Shown here piece by piece: positions 20,700-32,757 of a stretch of 64,000 bases of DNA. Each line of letters begins with the position of its first letter. The stretch's first letter is position 1. Position numbers and translations under genes: made by a program. Under the pieces are notes generated by a model. The model saw only the letters and a list, made by a program, of their open reading frames with translations, was not told the DNA's origin and did not search any database. Source of the DNA: Coraliomargarita sp. (GTDB taxonomy: Bacteria > Verrucomicrobiota > Verrucomicrobiia > Opitutales > Coraliomargaritaceae); NCBI GenBank assembly GCA_965216325.1, contig OZ244160.1:832001-896000 (forward strand), read 5' to 3'.

Positions 20700-21884
20700 T
20701 TAGGATTTTAGCTCGTCAAAAATTTGGTCGAGAATTGCGACGCTTTTGCTCAGTTGCGCACTTGATGCAGTGAGTGCGGGGAGTAAACGGATTGTGTTGT
20801 GACCTGCTGGAACGATGAGGAGCCCCTTGTCGCGTGCGGCCGCGGTGACTGCGAGACAGTCGGCATGTAGCGGGAGGCCGATCATGTAACCTTCGCCCCG
20901 AAAGCCAGCGATGTGCTGTGGATACTTCTTGGCCAGTGCCTGAAGCTCTTGGTGCCATACCACGGATTGGGAGCTGACTTGCTCGATGAGGTTTTCCTCT
21001 TCGAGGATGTCGAGCACGGCGTTGGCTGCAGCAGATGCGAGTGGGTTGCCACCGAAGGTGGTGCCATGCGAGCCCGGTTGGAAGAGTTCCGCGTAGGCTT
21101 CCGCGACCCAGATTGCACCAATCGGGAAACCAGCGCCCAGCCCCTTGGCCATACCAATCGCGTCGGGAGTGACGCCTGCTTTTTCGAATGCAAAGAAGTG
21201 ACCGCTCCGGCCGATGCCGCATTGGACTTCGTCGAGCATGAGGAGTGCGCCTCGCTCGGTGCAGAGTGCCCGCAGTTCTTGCAGGAAGCTGGCTTCGGCT
21301 GGGAAAATGCCGCCTTCGCCTTGTATCGATTCGATGAATACAGCCGCGACGGACTCGTCGACAAGCTTGTCGAAGCTGGCGATGTCGTTGATCTTGCCAA
21401 ACTTGAAACCTTCGAGCATGGGCCGGAAGCCGCCTTGGATTTTCTCTTGTGGAGTCGCGCCCATGCCACCGAAAGTCCGGCCGTGGAATGCATCTTCTGC
21501 AGCGACTACAGTAAACCGCTTGGCTTCTTCACCAGTGACTTGCTTCCCGTGAAGGCGAGCAAGCTTGATCAGCGCTTCATTGGCTTCAGCGCCGCTGTTG
21601 CAGAAGAGCACCCGACCCGGGCCAGCCTTGGCGACGAGCCGATCTGCGAGCTTTTGCTGGCCGGGGATGCCATAAAGGTTGCTGCAGTGGGTGAGGGTGG
21701 CGGCTTGCTCTTGGACGGCTGCGACCCATTTTGGGTGCGAGTGTCCGACGGAAGTCACTGCGATGCCACTGCCAAAGTCGAGGTAACGCTTGCCCGTCTC
21801 GTCGAAGAGATGCAGGCCTTCGCCCCGCACTGCGTTGAACGCGGGCGGGCCGTAGTTTTTCATGAGCGTTGGATGGTGAGACAT
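20700..21884 (-). CDS. argD: Acetylornithine aminotransferase
   Basis: NSGAEANE, FHGRT, IQGEGG, DEVQCGIGR, AKGLG, HGTTFGGNPL; operon context. Confidence 0.93.
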   Translation of the reverse strand: MSHHPTLMKNYGPPAFNAVRGEGLHLFDETGKRYLDFGSGIAVTSVGHSHPKWVAAVQEQAATLTHCSNLYGIPGQQKLADRLVAKAGPGRVLFCNSGAEANEALIKLARLHGKQVTGEEAKRFTVVAAEDAFHGRTFGGMGATPQEKIQGGFRPMLEGFKFGKINDIASFDKLVDESVAAVFIESIQGEGGIFPAEASFLQELRALCTERGALLMLDEVQCGIGRSGHFFAFEKAGVTPDAIGMAKGLGAGFPIGAIWVAEAYAELFQPGSHGTTFGGNPLASAAANAVLDILEEENLIEQVSSQSVVWHQELQALAKKYPQHIAGFRGEGYMIGLPLHADCLAVTAAARDKGLLIVPAGHNTIRLLPALTASSAQLSKSVAILDQIFDELKS

Positions 21885-21904
21885 TTGATTAAAGAGTTTG
21901 TATT

Positions 21905-21954
21905 GTAGGGCTCGTGCTTGCACGATGCCGGCGCTTTGCAAGCAAAGGCCCTAC
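21905..21954. repeat. GTAG REP doublet containing the argB stop codon
   Basis: GTAGGGCTCGTGCTTGCACGATGCC-GGCGCTTTGCAAGCAAAGGCCCTAC; same arms at 45144-45214. Confidence 0.88.
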
Positions 21955-22844
21955 GAATTAAAAATTTCGGTTCCGACGCCTTTGTCGGTAAAGATTTCAA
22001 GAAGGAGGCTGTGTGGTTGCTCTCCGTCAATAAAGTGAACGCGGTGCACGCCACTGTTGAGGGCTTTCACTGCGCTGTCTGTCTTCGGGATCATACCTTT
22101 GCTGATAGTGCCGTCGGCAACGAGGCCTGCGACTTCCTCGGTCTTCAGTGAGGACATCAGTGATTCGGGATCGTTGATGTCGCGCATGAGGCCGGGCACA
22201 TCGCACAGGTAGACTAATCGTCGTGCGCGGAGTGCGCCCGCTACGCGAGCAGCAGCCGCATCGGCATTGGTGTTGTAAACTTGACCGTCTTCATCGCAGG
22301 CAACCGGAGAGATGACTGGAATATAGCCATCATTGAGTGCCTTCTTGATGATCTTGGTTTTGACCGTGTGTGTTTCACCCACGAAGCCCACGTCCACGGA
22401 TTCGCCATCGACCACGACTTCTTTCTTGTCGCAGACGAGGATGTTGTTGCCGGGAATGCCGAGCGGACGTGCGTTCTTGGCTTGGAGGATCTCACAGATC
22501 TCTAGGTTGACGACTTTGTTGAGTGTGTGGTCGACCACTTTGACGGACTCTGCGGTTGTGACACGTAGGCCATGTTCGAAGCGGGTTTCGACATTGGATT
22601 CAGCCAAGGCGCGGGTGATCGCCTTGCCGCCACCGTGCACGACGACGACTTTGATACCGACGGAGTGTAGGAATGCGATGTCCGTTGCCACGCGTGTGCG
22701 CACCTTCGGATCTGCGTCGTCCATGAATGCGCCGCCATATTTTACCACAAAGATCGCGTCGCGGAAGCGCTGGATATACGGGAGTGCTTCCAGCAGCACG
22801 GCTGACTTTGTAGTGGCGTCGAGATGGTCGGTTTTGGTGGTCAT
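21951..22844 (-). CDS. argB: Acetylglutamate kinase
   Basis: EALPYIQ, VVKYGG, VVHGGG, GLRVT, NAD, GMIPK; ATG at 22844. Confidence 0.95.
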   Translation of the reverse strand: MTTKTDHLDATTKSAVLLEALPYIQRFRDAIFVVKYGGAFMDDADPKVRTRVATDIAFLHSVGIKVVVVHGGGKAITRALAESNVETRFEHGLRVTTAESVKVVDHTLNKVVNLEICEILQAKNARPLGIPGNNILVCDKKEVVVDGESVDVGFVGETHTVKTKIIKKALNDGYIPVISPVACDEDGQVYNTNADAAAARVAGALRARRLVYLCDVPGLMRDINDPESLMSSLKTEEVAGLVADGTISKGMIPKTDSAVKALNSGVHRVHFIDGEQPHSLLLEIFTDKGVGTEIFNS

Positions 22845-22850
22845 TGGTGG

Positions 22851-22978
22851 GAACATCGAACATCGAACGTCGAACATTGAACGTTCAACTTCGAATGAAG
22901 TGTTATGAAAGTATTATTCGTAAAAGTGAGTTTTTGCTGATTCGAAGTTCAAAGTTGGACGTTCGATGTTCAACGTTC
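22851..22978. repeat. Heptamer palindrome (GAACRTY units)
   Basis: GAACATC GAACATC GAACGTC GAACATT GAACGTT CAACTTC GAAT ... ATTC GAAGTTC AAAGTTG GACGTTC GATGTTC AACGTTC. Confidence 0.9.
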
Positions 22979-22997
22979 GTGGATTTTAATAAATGCG

Positions 22998-24224
<1,227 letters not shown>

Positions 24225-24229
24225 TGTGG

Positions 24230-24349
24230 GAACATTGAATGTCGAACTTTGAACGTCCAACTTCGAATAGATTGATTGTTAACTGTTTATGTCAGGCGTT
24301 GAGCGTGGTGATTCAAAATTCGATGTTGAGCGTTCGATGTTCGACGTTC
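24230..24349. repeat. Heptamer palindrome (GAACRTY units) touching the argC stop codon
   Basis: GAACATT GAATGTC GAACTTT GAACGTC CAACTTC GAAT ... ATTC AAAATTC GATGTTG AGCGTTC GATGTTC GACGTTC. Confidence 0.9.
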
Positions 24350-25370
24350 ACACGAGTCCGGCAGTTTCTTCGAAACCGAACTTAAGATTCATGAGCTGCA
24401 CGGCTTGGCCGCTAGCGCCTTTGAGGAGATTATCGATCACCGAAGTGATCACAAAGTTTTCAGTCCGCGGATCGTAGACCGCAGAAATGTCGCACCGGTT
24501 GGTGCCGGTTACATGCTTGGTGTCCGGATAGGTTCCAGTTGGCAGCACTTGGACAAATGGCTTGTCGGCGTAGGCCGAGTTCCAGGTGCTGTAAACTGTG
24601 TCGATGCCAGTCTTGGCTTTAGCCACGATGGTGGTTGAGATGCCTCGCGACATGGGCGCGAGGTGTGGATTGAATTGCACTACGCAGTCTGCGAAGGCGG
24701 CTTTCTCGAGCTGCTCTTCGATTTCCGATAGGTGGCGGTGCTTGGGCAGGCCGTAGGCCTTCATACTCTCGTTGCGCTCGCAGTAGATAAAGTCTTCGGC
24801 GACTTTGCGTCCTGCGCCGCTCACACCACTGTAGCTGTTGATTACGATGCCTTTGGGATCGATGAGTCCAGCTTTGAGCAGTGGGATTAAGGGCACTTGG
24901 ATACTGGTTGGGTAGCACCCCGGGCAGGCGATCAGGGATGCCTTTTTCCAGCTGTCGTCCGCGAGTTCCGGGATGACATATGGAGCGGCGTCGAGCAGGT
25001 GTGGTGCCGGGTGCGGGTGGCCGTAGTAGTCTTCGTAGATCCGTGTGGAGTTGAGCCGGAAGTCAGCACTCAAATCGATCACGGTTTTGCCCGCTTGGTA
25101 GAGTGGATCGGCAAATTCGGAAGCCACGCCGTGTGGGAGGGCGAGGAAAATGATGTCGAGCTCGTCGTTGGCAGCGAGTTCAGCTGGATCTGAACTGGTG
25201 AATTCCAACTCACCCACTGCGTGTCGCAGCGCAGGCATCACATCGGCGACCTTTTTGCCCGCAAGTGAGCGCGAAGTCACTGCCGCGAGTTCCACTTGTG
25301 GGTGCCGCGAGAGTAACTTGACGAGTTCTTCTCCGCCATAGCCAGAGGCTCCGATGACTGCTGCTTTCAT
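24348..25370 (-). CDS. argC: N-acetyl-gamma-glutamyl-phosphate reductase
   Basis: GASGYGG, ALPHG, DLSADFR, PGCYPT, SGVSGAG, HRHLSEI, DNLLKGASGQA. Confidence 0.96.
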   Translation of the reverse strand: MKAAVIGASGYGGEELVKLLSRHPQVELAAVTSRSLAGKKVADVMPALRHAVGELEFTSSDPAELAANDELDIIFLALPHGVASEFADPLYQAGKTVIDLSADFRLNSTRIYEDYYGHPHPAPHLLDAAPYVIPELADDSWKKASLIACPGCYPTSIQVPLIPLLKAGLIDPKGIVINSYSGVSGAGRKVAEDFIYCERNESMKAYGLPKHRHLSEIEEQLEKAAFADCVVQFNPHLAPMSRGISTTIVAKAKTGIDTVYSTWNSAYADKPFVQVLPTGTYPDTKHVTGTNRCDISAVYDPRTENFVITSVIDNLLKGASGQAVQLMNLKFGFEETAGLV

Positions 25371-25418
25371 TTTGAGATGCGGTAAAACCGCGATAAATTA
25401 AGATGAGTGAAAATAGGG

Positions 25419-25466
<48 letters not shown>

Positions 25467-25491
25467 GCAAAAACTGCGTCCTTGCCGCGTA

Positions 25492-25897
<406 letters not shown>

Positions 25898-25924
25898 TGT
25901 ATTAAAAGTGGTAATTAAGCCCGA

Positions 25925-26350
<426 letters not shown>

Positions 26351-26507
26351 GATTTCTTGGAAAAAGGGGAGGAAACTAGGTTCGGCGGCTTGCCTGTCAA
26401 TTGGAATTTTGGAGATTTTTCACATCTACCTGATTTTTTATTGCCAAAGCAGGCTCTGGCGTCATTTTCCCCTGCTTTTCCACATAATAACTAGAGGAGA
26501 ACTTACT

Positions 26508-26723
26508 TTGAGAGACGACTACCTACATCAAGCACAAGAAGTGATTACCGACCCGATGATCCTGATCAATGTGGTCTCGCGTCGTGCGAAGCAACTGAAA
26601 AGCGGCTACAAGCCACTGATCGAGTCTCTTGAGCGCTTGTCCGCTGAGGATATGGCTCTCCGCGAGATTATTGAAGGTAAGATCACTTACCAGCTCGACG
26701 AAGGCGAAGAGGTCGAAGCGTAA
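26508..26723 (+). CDS. rpoZ: RNA polymerase omega subunit
   Basis: TTG start after AGAGGAG; LINVVSRRAKQL...ALREIIEGKI. Confidence 0.85.
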   Translation: MRDDYLHQAQEVITDPMILINVVSRRAKQLKSGYKPLIESLERLSAEDMALREIIEGKITYQLDEGEEVEA

Positions 26724-26815
26724 ATCGAATTTCGATGCTCCGCATGTTATAATCGGGAGCATTTGTAACTTTCAGTGCGGGACGGCTACAATCGTCCCGC
26801 ATCTTTTTTGTCCCT

Positions 26816-27295
26816 ATGTGTGCTAAGAAGAAAAAGCCGGACGACCGCTATAAGGAAATCCGCAATGCCAAGGCGAACCACAATTATTTTGTGGGGGAGC
26901 GCTTTGAAGCTGGCATCCAGCTGCTGGGCACTGAGGTAAAAGCGATCCGTAATGGTAACGCACAGCTCGGAGAGTCGTTCTGTCGCATTGAGAAGGGTCA
27001 GGTATGGCTCTATAATTCGCACATCGGGCACTACGAATTTGGTAATTTCCAAAATCACCCACCTCGTCGGAAGCGCAAATTGCTCCTGAATCGTCGCGAG
27101 ATTAACAAATTGATCGGTGCGATTGATGCGGGTGGTAAGACCTTGGTGCCGTTGCGCATCTATATGAAGCACGGTTTGATCAAGATCGAGATCGCGCTGT
27201 GCACGGGTAAAAAGCTGCACGACAAGCGTGAGACCTTGAAACGCAAGGTGGTGATGCGCGAGGCCGAGCGTGAAATGCGCGGCGGGCGTCGCTGA
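26816..27295 (+). CDS. smpB: SsrA-binding protein
   Basis: EAGIQLLGTEVK, RKRKLLL, GKKLHDKRE. Confidence 0.96.
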   Translation: MCAKKKKPDDRYKEIRNAKANHNYFVGERFEAGIQLLGTEVKAIRNGNAQLGESFCRIEKGQVWLYNSHIGHYEFGNFQNHPPRRKRKLLLNRREINKLIGAIDAGGKTLVPLRIYMKHGLIKIEIALCTGKKLHDKRETLKRKVVMREAEREMRGGRR

Positions 27296-27305
27296 GTGCT
27301 TGGTC

Positions 27306-27385
27306 GCAGGGGCTTTGCTTGTGAAGCCCGCAGTCAGAACGGGAAGTTATTGCTCGGTGTCGGGCTTCGCGAGCAAAGCCCCTGC
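27306..27385. repeat. REP doublet (GCAG-ended variant)
   Basis: GCAGGGGCTTTGCTTGTGAAGCCCG...CGGGCTTCGCGAGCAAAGCCCCTGC. Confidence 0.8.
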
Positions 27386-27429
27386 GCTTTCAACACTGCC
27401 TTTAGTCAGTGTCATGCGGTAAGCGCCAT

Positions 27430-28695
27430 TCAGCTGTTTTCGGTGTATTTGAAATACCGCTCGTCGGCCAGGCTTTCAATCAAGTGCTGCGAGGTCGCGC
27501 TGTCATCGCTCAAATTGCGCACTTCTTCTTTGCTGATACGGTCGCGTTGGCTGAGTGCCATCGCATTGCGAATTACGCGGCAGAGCTTTGCATAGTCGAA
27601 GGTCGCGCAGTTTGCCTGTAGATACTTAATTGCCGAGCTGGAGATCGTGCGTGTGCGCAGGAAGGGGTGGGCCATACGCAATGTGCTGAAAATATTGTGC
27701 ACGATCATCGCAATATCGTCCTCGCGCGACTCCATCGTTGGCATGGCTAGAGGCGTGCTTTGTTTGCGGACTGCCTTGAAGACTGGTTTGACGCCGCTGG
27801 GGAAGTAAGCTTCAGAGTCGTTCACATGACCCACGATCAGTTGGAGTGGAGCATCTTTAATTTCGAAGAGTTTGTCCAGGAAGCTCGCGAGCTCTATGGC
27901 TGAGTTGCTACTCCAGTCTTCGGTTAGGCCCAGGTAGCAGTAAACTTTATGGTCACCGGCCTGGCCCTCTTTGAGGATTTTTTCGAGAACCTCCGCATCC
28001 AAGTGCATCGGGTCGAGTGCGTAGAGTGGGCTGGAGTCACCACTTGCACGGAAGTTCAATTCTCGTGCAACGAGTTCAAATTCGGCGCCTTCGTCTCCCT
28101 CTAATAAAATAATAGGCCTTTGATCGAGTTTGGTATCCATTTCGACCAGAAAATTCTGCATCACCATACTGTGTGCTTGAAGGTAGCGCGCGATTGTCGG
28201 GGACCTGAAGATCGGCAGCGCATTTGATGGCTGTGTGACGGCTTGGGAAGCTGTCTTTGGCGTTGTCTCAGCTTTACGCGCTACCTTACGAGCAACCTTC
28301 TTACGTGCCTTCTTTTTCTTGGCCGCTTTTTGGGCGATTTCTCGCAGTATTGATTGGACCCGTGCAAGTGCGCGGTCCGTATTGCTTGGCAGTAGCAGGT
28401 AGTTTTCGACGCCTGCTGGGCACTGGCTGCTTTCAATGCTGGTTTGTTCGGTCAAGCGCTCAAAGGTGACGAGGTTGGTGCGCTTGCAGCTTGTGTAAAG
28501 TGGTTCAAATGCCCAGATCAGCTCTTCCAGCTGCATGTCGTAAAACACGGCATCGGCCTTGTTTAGCTTTCGAATTGCTTTGAGGAGCGGCTCCAGAGAC
28601 TCGTGAAACACATGCTCGTGTTCGAGCTCTTTCAAAAGCTCTGCAAGTTGCTTTTGTGCGGCAGGGTCTTGGGTCAGCAGGTGGATCATGGGCAA
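27430..28695 (-). CDS. Degenerate NtrC-like protein (receiver-like domain plus inactive-looking AAA+ domain)
   Basis: ILLEGDEGAEFELVAREL resembles VLITGESGTGKELVARAI; MPTMESREDDI resembles LPPLRERREDI; start could be ATG at 28689. Confidence 0.65.
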   Translation of the reverse strand: MPMIHLLTQDPAAQKQLAELLKELEHEHVFHESLEPLLKAIRKLNKADAVFYDMQLEELIWAFEPLYTSCKRTNLVTFERLTEQTSIESSQCPAGVENYLLLPSNTDRALARVQSILREIAQKAAKKKKARKKVARKVARKAETTPKTASQAVTQPSNALPIFRSPTIARYLQAHSMVMQNFLVEMDTKLDQRPIILLEGDEGAEFELVARELNFRASGDSSPLYALDPMHLDAEVLEKILKEGQAGDHKVYCYLGLTEDWSSNSAIELASFLDKLFEIKDAPLQLIVGHVNDSEAYFPSGVKPVFKAVRKQSTPLAMPTMESREDDIAMIVHNIFSTLRMAHPFLRTRTISSSAIKYLQANCATFDYAKLCRVIRNAMALSQRDRISKEEVRNLSDDSATSQHLIESLADERYFKYTENS

Positions 28696-28811
28696 ATGTT
28701 GGTTTGATTTAGTTCAAAACCAACTGGTCAATAGTCACAATCATCATCTATCTGCTTACCTGAATGCAAGTAGCGTATGTAAAAATAAGTAATTATTGCA
28801 GCTTTTTTACG

Positions 28812-31800
28812 TTAAGGCATCTGCTGCAGTTTATTAGATAAGCGCTGGGTCGTTCGGTAATCGATCTTACCGCTACCGAGTAGTGGTATTTGTTCAACGA
28901 AGATCCAGTCATTGGCTTTCGGTTTCCAGAGGTTGGGGACCTTGAGCTCGCTCAGGCGTCGTTGTATCTCCTCGATGCTAAATTTGCTATTGGAATACAC
29001 CACTGCGATTCGCTCGCCTTTGCGTTCATCTTGGATGCGCAGGGCAACGAGCTGATCAGGTTGTAGTGTGAATGCCTCCTGTAGTGCTTTTTCGACGACA
29101 GCGAGTGAGATCATTTCGCCGCCAATTTTGCAGAAGCGGGATAGGCGTCCAGTGATTGCAAAGAAGCCATCTTCGTCGAGCACGCCCATATCTCCGGTGT
29201 TATACCATCCATGTTGTATGGCATCATTCGTTAAGTCATCGCGATTCAAGTAACCATGCATCACATTTGGCCCTTTTATGTGAATGAGGCCTTCCGCTCT
29301 CGGTTGGAGCGTTTTGCCGGTATCCGGATCGGTGATACGGATGGCCATACCTGGTAGCACGCGCCCCAGGCGATCGGGGCGATTGCCAGTTTCGGGTAGT
29401 TTGTCGACTTCAACGTTTGGCAAGCTGAGTGCGCAAACTGGAGATAGTTCGGTGGCTCCATAGCCTTCGTAGGGACGAATACCGAAGCGCTTTTCAAACA
29501 TGTCGGCTATTCGTGGCTGCAGCTTTTCGGCACCGGTGAAGGTGTAGCGGAGGTATTTGAATTGTTCTGGCTTAACCTTGCGGATGTAGGCGAGTAGGAA
29601 ACTGGGGGTTGTGAGTAAAATGCTGCCTTGGTTGTCTTCGGCGAGCTTGCCCACAGCGGTCGCTTCGAGTGGATTGTTGTGGCTCGCGATGGTTAAGCCC
29701 GAGAGTAGTGGGAACCAGAAAGTTGCTGTGTAACCAAAGGAATGGAATACTGGCAGTGTCGCGAGCATGACATCATCACGTTGTGGACTAATCACGCTTC
29801 GAAACGAGGTGATGTTCGAGAGTATATTGTAGTGACTGAGCATGACTCCCTTGGGTTCCGAGGTGGATCCGCTTGAGAACAGCACAGTTGCGACGTCATC
29901 TGGCTGAGGGGCTGTTTTGTTCGAGAGCATGGTCGTGGGTAGGCAGCGGGCGATGAAGGTGTAGCGTAGCTTCTCAAACTTGCTAACCGTGGCCATCAGG
30001 TCTTCGATGTAGAGGGTGTTTTCTGGTAGGTGGAGCTCGGTAAAGCGTTCGATGAATTGACGGGAAGTCAGCACTGTGCGCATCGAGCATTGTTCGATGG
30101 TAGACTGAAAGGTGTCAGTGGGCAGGGTGTAGTTCAGGTTGGCACTGACCCGTCCGGCTAAATCCACTGCTATGTTTGCTAGGCTAGCGCCGATGCCAGT
30201 TGGCAACAAGATGCCAATATGCTGTTCCTGTAATGTAATTGATTTCTGGATACGTGACTTGAGGATTAGGCTTCCCGTTAATAACTCGCCGTAAGAGACT
30301 TGCTTACCACTACTTTGGATTTGAGCGGTCTTGGACCAGTTGCGACGAGCCGATTCAATGAACTCGGTGCTTAGCTGCTTGCTGTCCTGTTTGTTGGATT
30401 CGAAGTGCGTTACCGATAGTTCGCTGACCGCTTGTTGCACTTCAAAGCTGCTTGAGTTGGACGGCATGGCCTTGCCGTAGTGGACGCTTACCTTGTAGCG
30501 AAAGTCTTTCAAGGGGCGTAGCTGTGGCATGCCATTGTAGTAGCTCGATACGCTGCCCCAGGCGCCACCAATGTAGACGGGGATAATTGGATGATTGCTG
30601 CCTTTTACAATCCGTTCGAAGCCAGGCTTGAACGGACGCATCATGCCGGTGCGACTGAGTGCGCCTTCTGCGAAGATGCACACGAGATAACCTTCATCCA
30701 GAGCGTTACGAGCAGTCTTGAGTGATTTGATGAGCTGCTTTGGGCCGTCGCTATCTTGGATGAGCACGACCTTGGCGATATCGACTACCATACGCACCAG
30801 CCAGTTGGAGTTGTTGTAGAAGTTCCGCGACATGAGCATACGGATCCGGCGCTGCTGGCTCGACATGATGAGCACGGCATCCATCAGACTGACGTGATTG
30901 CAGACAAGTAAGGCTGGCTTGTCTGTTGGGAGGTTCTCCAGTCCACGCACACGCAGCCTATAGCAGACGCGCGTGATGCACATGACGACGAATTTGATGA
31001 AGAAGTCCGGCAATACCCAGAGTGCGAAGACAGCAAGACCAGCGAGGAGCAGAGAGAAAATTAGAAAGCCGTTTTGGGCGGAATTGCCGAGGATACTTGA
31101 GTTAAGGTAGAGCAGTCCGCTGGCGATGAGGATGCCAATCCAGCTGGTAAAGGAATTGGCTGCCTGAATCGCTCCAATTCGGTCTCTGGGGCTGCGGAAT
31201 TGAATGAACGCTTCCAGGGGAACAATAAAGAGCCCGGCAGCAAAGCCGAGTATTGCCATGCAGATTGCAGCGAGCGTGAGATTACCTTCACGGAGGAGGC
31301 CAAGCGTTAGCAATGAAGTGCTCATGAGGAATGCTCCAATTGGAACGATGCCGAATTCGATTGAGCGCCCGCTAATCCAACCGGCAAAACTGGAACCGAG
31401 TCCGATGCCAATGGCGGTTAATAGAAAGAGTCGGGTGGATTGTTCGCTGCTTAGACTGAGTTGTTCCGCTCCAAAGCTCAGCACATTGAGTTGGATGAAG
31501 CCTGCGACCAGTGAGAAAACGCCGAGGGCTAGAATCGACAGCAGCAGAAAGCCATCTTTACTGATGTATCGATATGTCTGAATGAGGCTGCCGTAGCCAT
31601 TGAGTCGAAGTTTACGCTCAGGGTGGGCGGGCGAGGGCGCAATGTTCAGCGAGGCCATGAAGCCGAGGCAGGCCACTGCAATGCAAGCAAGTGCGGCTAG
31701 ACCAAAACGACCATCGACGAGTAGACTGATTTCTGGAGCGACTGTGGTTCCGGCGATGATCGCAAGAAAGGTAAAGAGCTGCAGCGCACCGTTGGCTTTG

Positions 31801-32213
31801 GAAAGGGCTGTTGTGGAGACTTGTTCGGGGATGAGTCCATACTTACACGGCCCAAAGAAGGCGCTCTGTGCCGACATCAGGAACATCGTTACATAGAGCA
31901 GAGCATCGATACTAAGTGTCAGAGCCAGTGCGCCGAAGCTCATGACTGCGACTTCAGTTCCTTTGAGTAGAACAATTAGGTGCCGCTTGCTGAACTTGTC
32001 GGCAATGTTGCCTGCAAACGGGACGATCAGGAGAAAGGGGAGGGCAAAGACGAGTCCGACACTCGCGAGGATACTGTTGGCTGCCTCGGCGTTATTCCAA
32101 GCAATCAGTGCGTAAATAATGAGTAGCTTGAATAGGTTGTCGTTCATTGCGCCCCCGAATTGAGCGCAATTGTGCCACCAAAAGGTGCGCGGTAGTTGGG
32201 TTGTGTGTGACAT
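28812..32213 (-). CDS. aas: MFS-acyltransferase-acyl-ACP synthetase fusion (LplT-Aas type)
   Basis: N-terminal MFS (NDNLFK, QSAFFGPCKYG), PlsC NHVSLMD and IFAEG, AMP-binding FSSGSTSEPKGV, EGYGATE, YNTGD. Confidence 0.9.
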   Translation of the reverse strand: MSHTTQLPRTFWWHNCAQFGGAMNDNLFKLLIIYALIAWNNAEAANSILASVGLVFALPFLLIVPFAGNIADKFSKRHLIVLLKGTEVAVMSFGALALTLSIDALLYVTMFLMSAQSAFFGPCKYGLIPEQVSTTALSKANGALQLFTFLAIIAGTTVAPEISLLVDGRFGLAALACIAVACLGFMASLNIAPSPAHPERKLRLNGYGSLIQTYRYISKDGFLLLSILALGVFSLVAGFIQLNVLSFGAEQLSLSSEQSTRLFLLTAIGIGLGSSFAGWISGRSIEFGIVPIGAFLMSTSLLTLGLLREGNLTLAAICMAILGFAAGLFIVPLEAFIQFRSPRDRIGAIQAANSFTSWIGILIASGLLYLNSSILGNSAQNGFLIFSLLLAGLAVFALWVLPDFFIKFVVMCITRVCYRLRVRGLENLPTDKPALLVCNHVSLMDAVLIMSSQQRRIRMLMSRNFYNNSNWLVRMVVDIAKVVLIQDSDGPKQLIKSLKTARNALDEGYLVCIFAEGALSRTGMMRPFKPGFERIVKGSNHPIIPVYIGGAWGSVSSYYNGMPQLRPLKDFRYKVSVHYGKAMPSNSSSFEVQQAVSELSVTHFESNKQDSKQLSTEFIESARRNWSKTAQIQSSGKQVSYGELLTGSLILKSRIQKSITLQEQHIGILLPTGIGASLANIAVDLAGRVSANLNYTLPTDTFQSTIEQCSMRTVLTSRQFIERFTELHLPENTLYIEDLMATVSKFEKLRYTFIARCLPTTMLSNKTAPQPDDVATVLFSSGSTSEPKGVMLSHYNILSNITSFRSVISPQRDDVMLATLPVFHSFGYTATFWFPLLSGLTIASHNNPLEATAVGKLAEDNQGSILLTTPSFLLAYIRKVKPEQFKYLRYTFTGAEKLQPRIADMFEKRFGIRPYEGYGATELSPVCALSLPNVEVDKLPETGNRPDRLGRVLPGMAIRITDPDTGKTLQPRAEGLIHIKGPNVMHGYLNRDDLTNDAIQHGWYNTGDMGVLDEDGFFAITGRLSRFCKIGGEMISLAVVEKALQEAFTLQPDQLVALRIQDERKGERIAVVYSNSKFSIEEIQRRLSELKVPNLWKPKANDWIFVEQIPLLGSGKIDYRTTQRLSNKLQQMP

Positions 32214-32243
32214 GGTGCGTGAGTTCTGCTCTCAAAGTTGAGA

Positions 32244-32286
32244 TGACAATATTATTGTCAAATTAATAATGGCAATAATGTTGTCA
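32244..32286. promoter_or_regulatory. Two 7-3-7 palindromic operator candidates between divergent aas and marR
   Basis: TGACAAT-ATT-ATTGTCA (32244-32260, perfect) and TGGCAAT-AAT-GTTGTCA (32270-32286). Confidence 0.7.
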
Positions 32287-32316
32287 TTTTAATGCCTTGT
32301 CTTGATTATTCACTGC

Positions 32317-32757
32317 ATGACGGATCCAAAATCCCACGAAGCCATGCATACTTTGGCAAATTCAGTTAGGCGACTCTATAACCGCCTACGGTTCACATCG
32401 GATCAGCTCCATGCGGATTGTGGAGTCAGTGCCCCCAAGCGCACCTTGCTGATGGATTTGCACCGTTATGGTCCGCAAACGGTGCCAGCGTTGGCGGCGA
32501 CCCGCTTCATCAGTCGTCAGATTACACAAACTCAGATCAATGAGCTGTTGAAGGCCGGTTATGTGCAAACTCGGGAGAATCCAGGGCACAAGCGCTCGAA
32601 GCTGATTGAATTGACGGCTGCGGGGGCTGAATTTTTACAAGAGCTGAGTCGGCGCGAGCAGGCCTTTATGGCCGAGCAGGCGTGGCTACCGGATGCGGAG
32701 CGGCTCGATGAATGTATTCAAGTGTTGGACGGGATCTACGAGCAGCTGGAAAAATGA
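32317..32757 (+). CDS. MarR family transcriptional regulator
   Basis: GPQTVPALA..ISRQ..INELLKAGYV..NPGHKRSKLIELTAAG; ATG at 32317. Confidence 0.88.
   Translation: MTDPKSHEAMHTLANSVRRLYNRLRFTSDQLHADCGVSAPKRTLLMDLHRYGPQTVPALAATRFISRQITQTQINELLKAGYVQTRENPGHKRSKLIELTAAGAEFLQELSRREQAFMAEQAWLPDAERLDECIQVLDGIYEQLEK

Noticed and set aside
22845..22877. N-terminal extensions in the ORF track for argB, argJ, argF, argD, cbiA, mnmA and the pullulanase
   Set aside because: They are translations of upstream repeat or intergenic DNA (for example [28 protein letters not shown]); downstream ATGs fit the family N-termini.
22851..22978. CRISPR array
   Set aside because: Units are contiguous 7-mers with no unique 30-40 bp spacers, and there are no cas genes in the window.
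26416..26484. Two TTWTNCACA matches between rplM and rpoZ
   Set aside because: T-rich promoter DNA makes chance matches likely; no further support.
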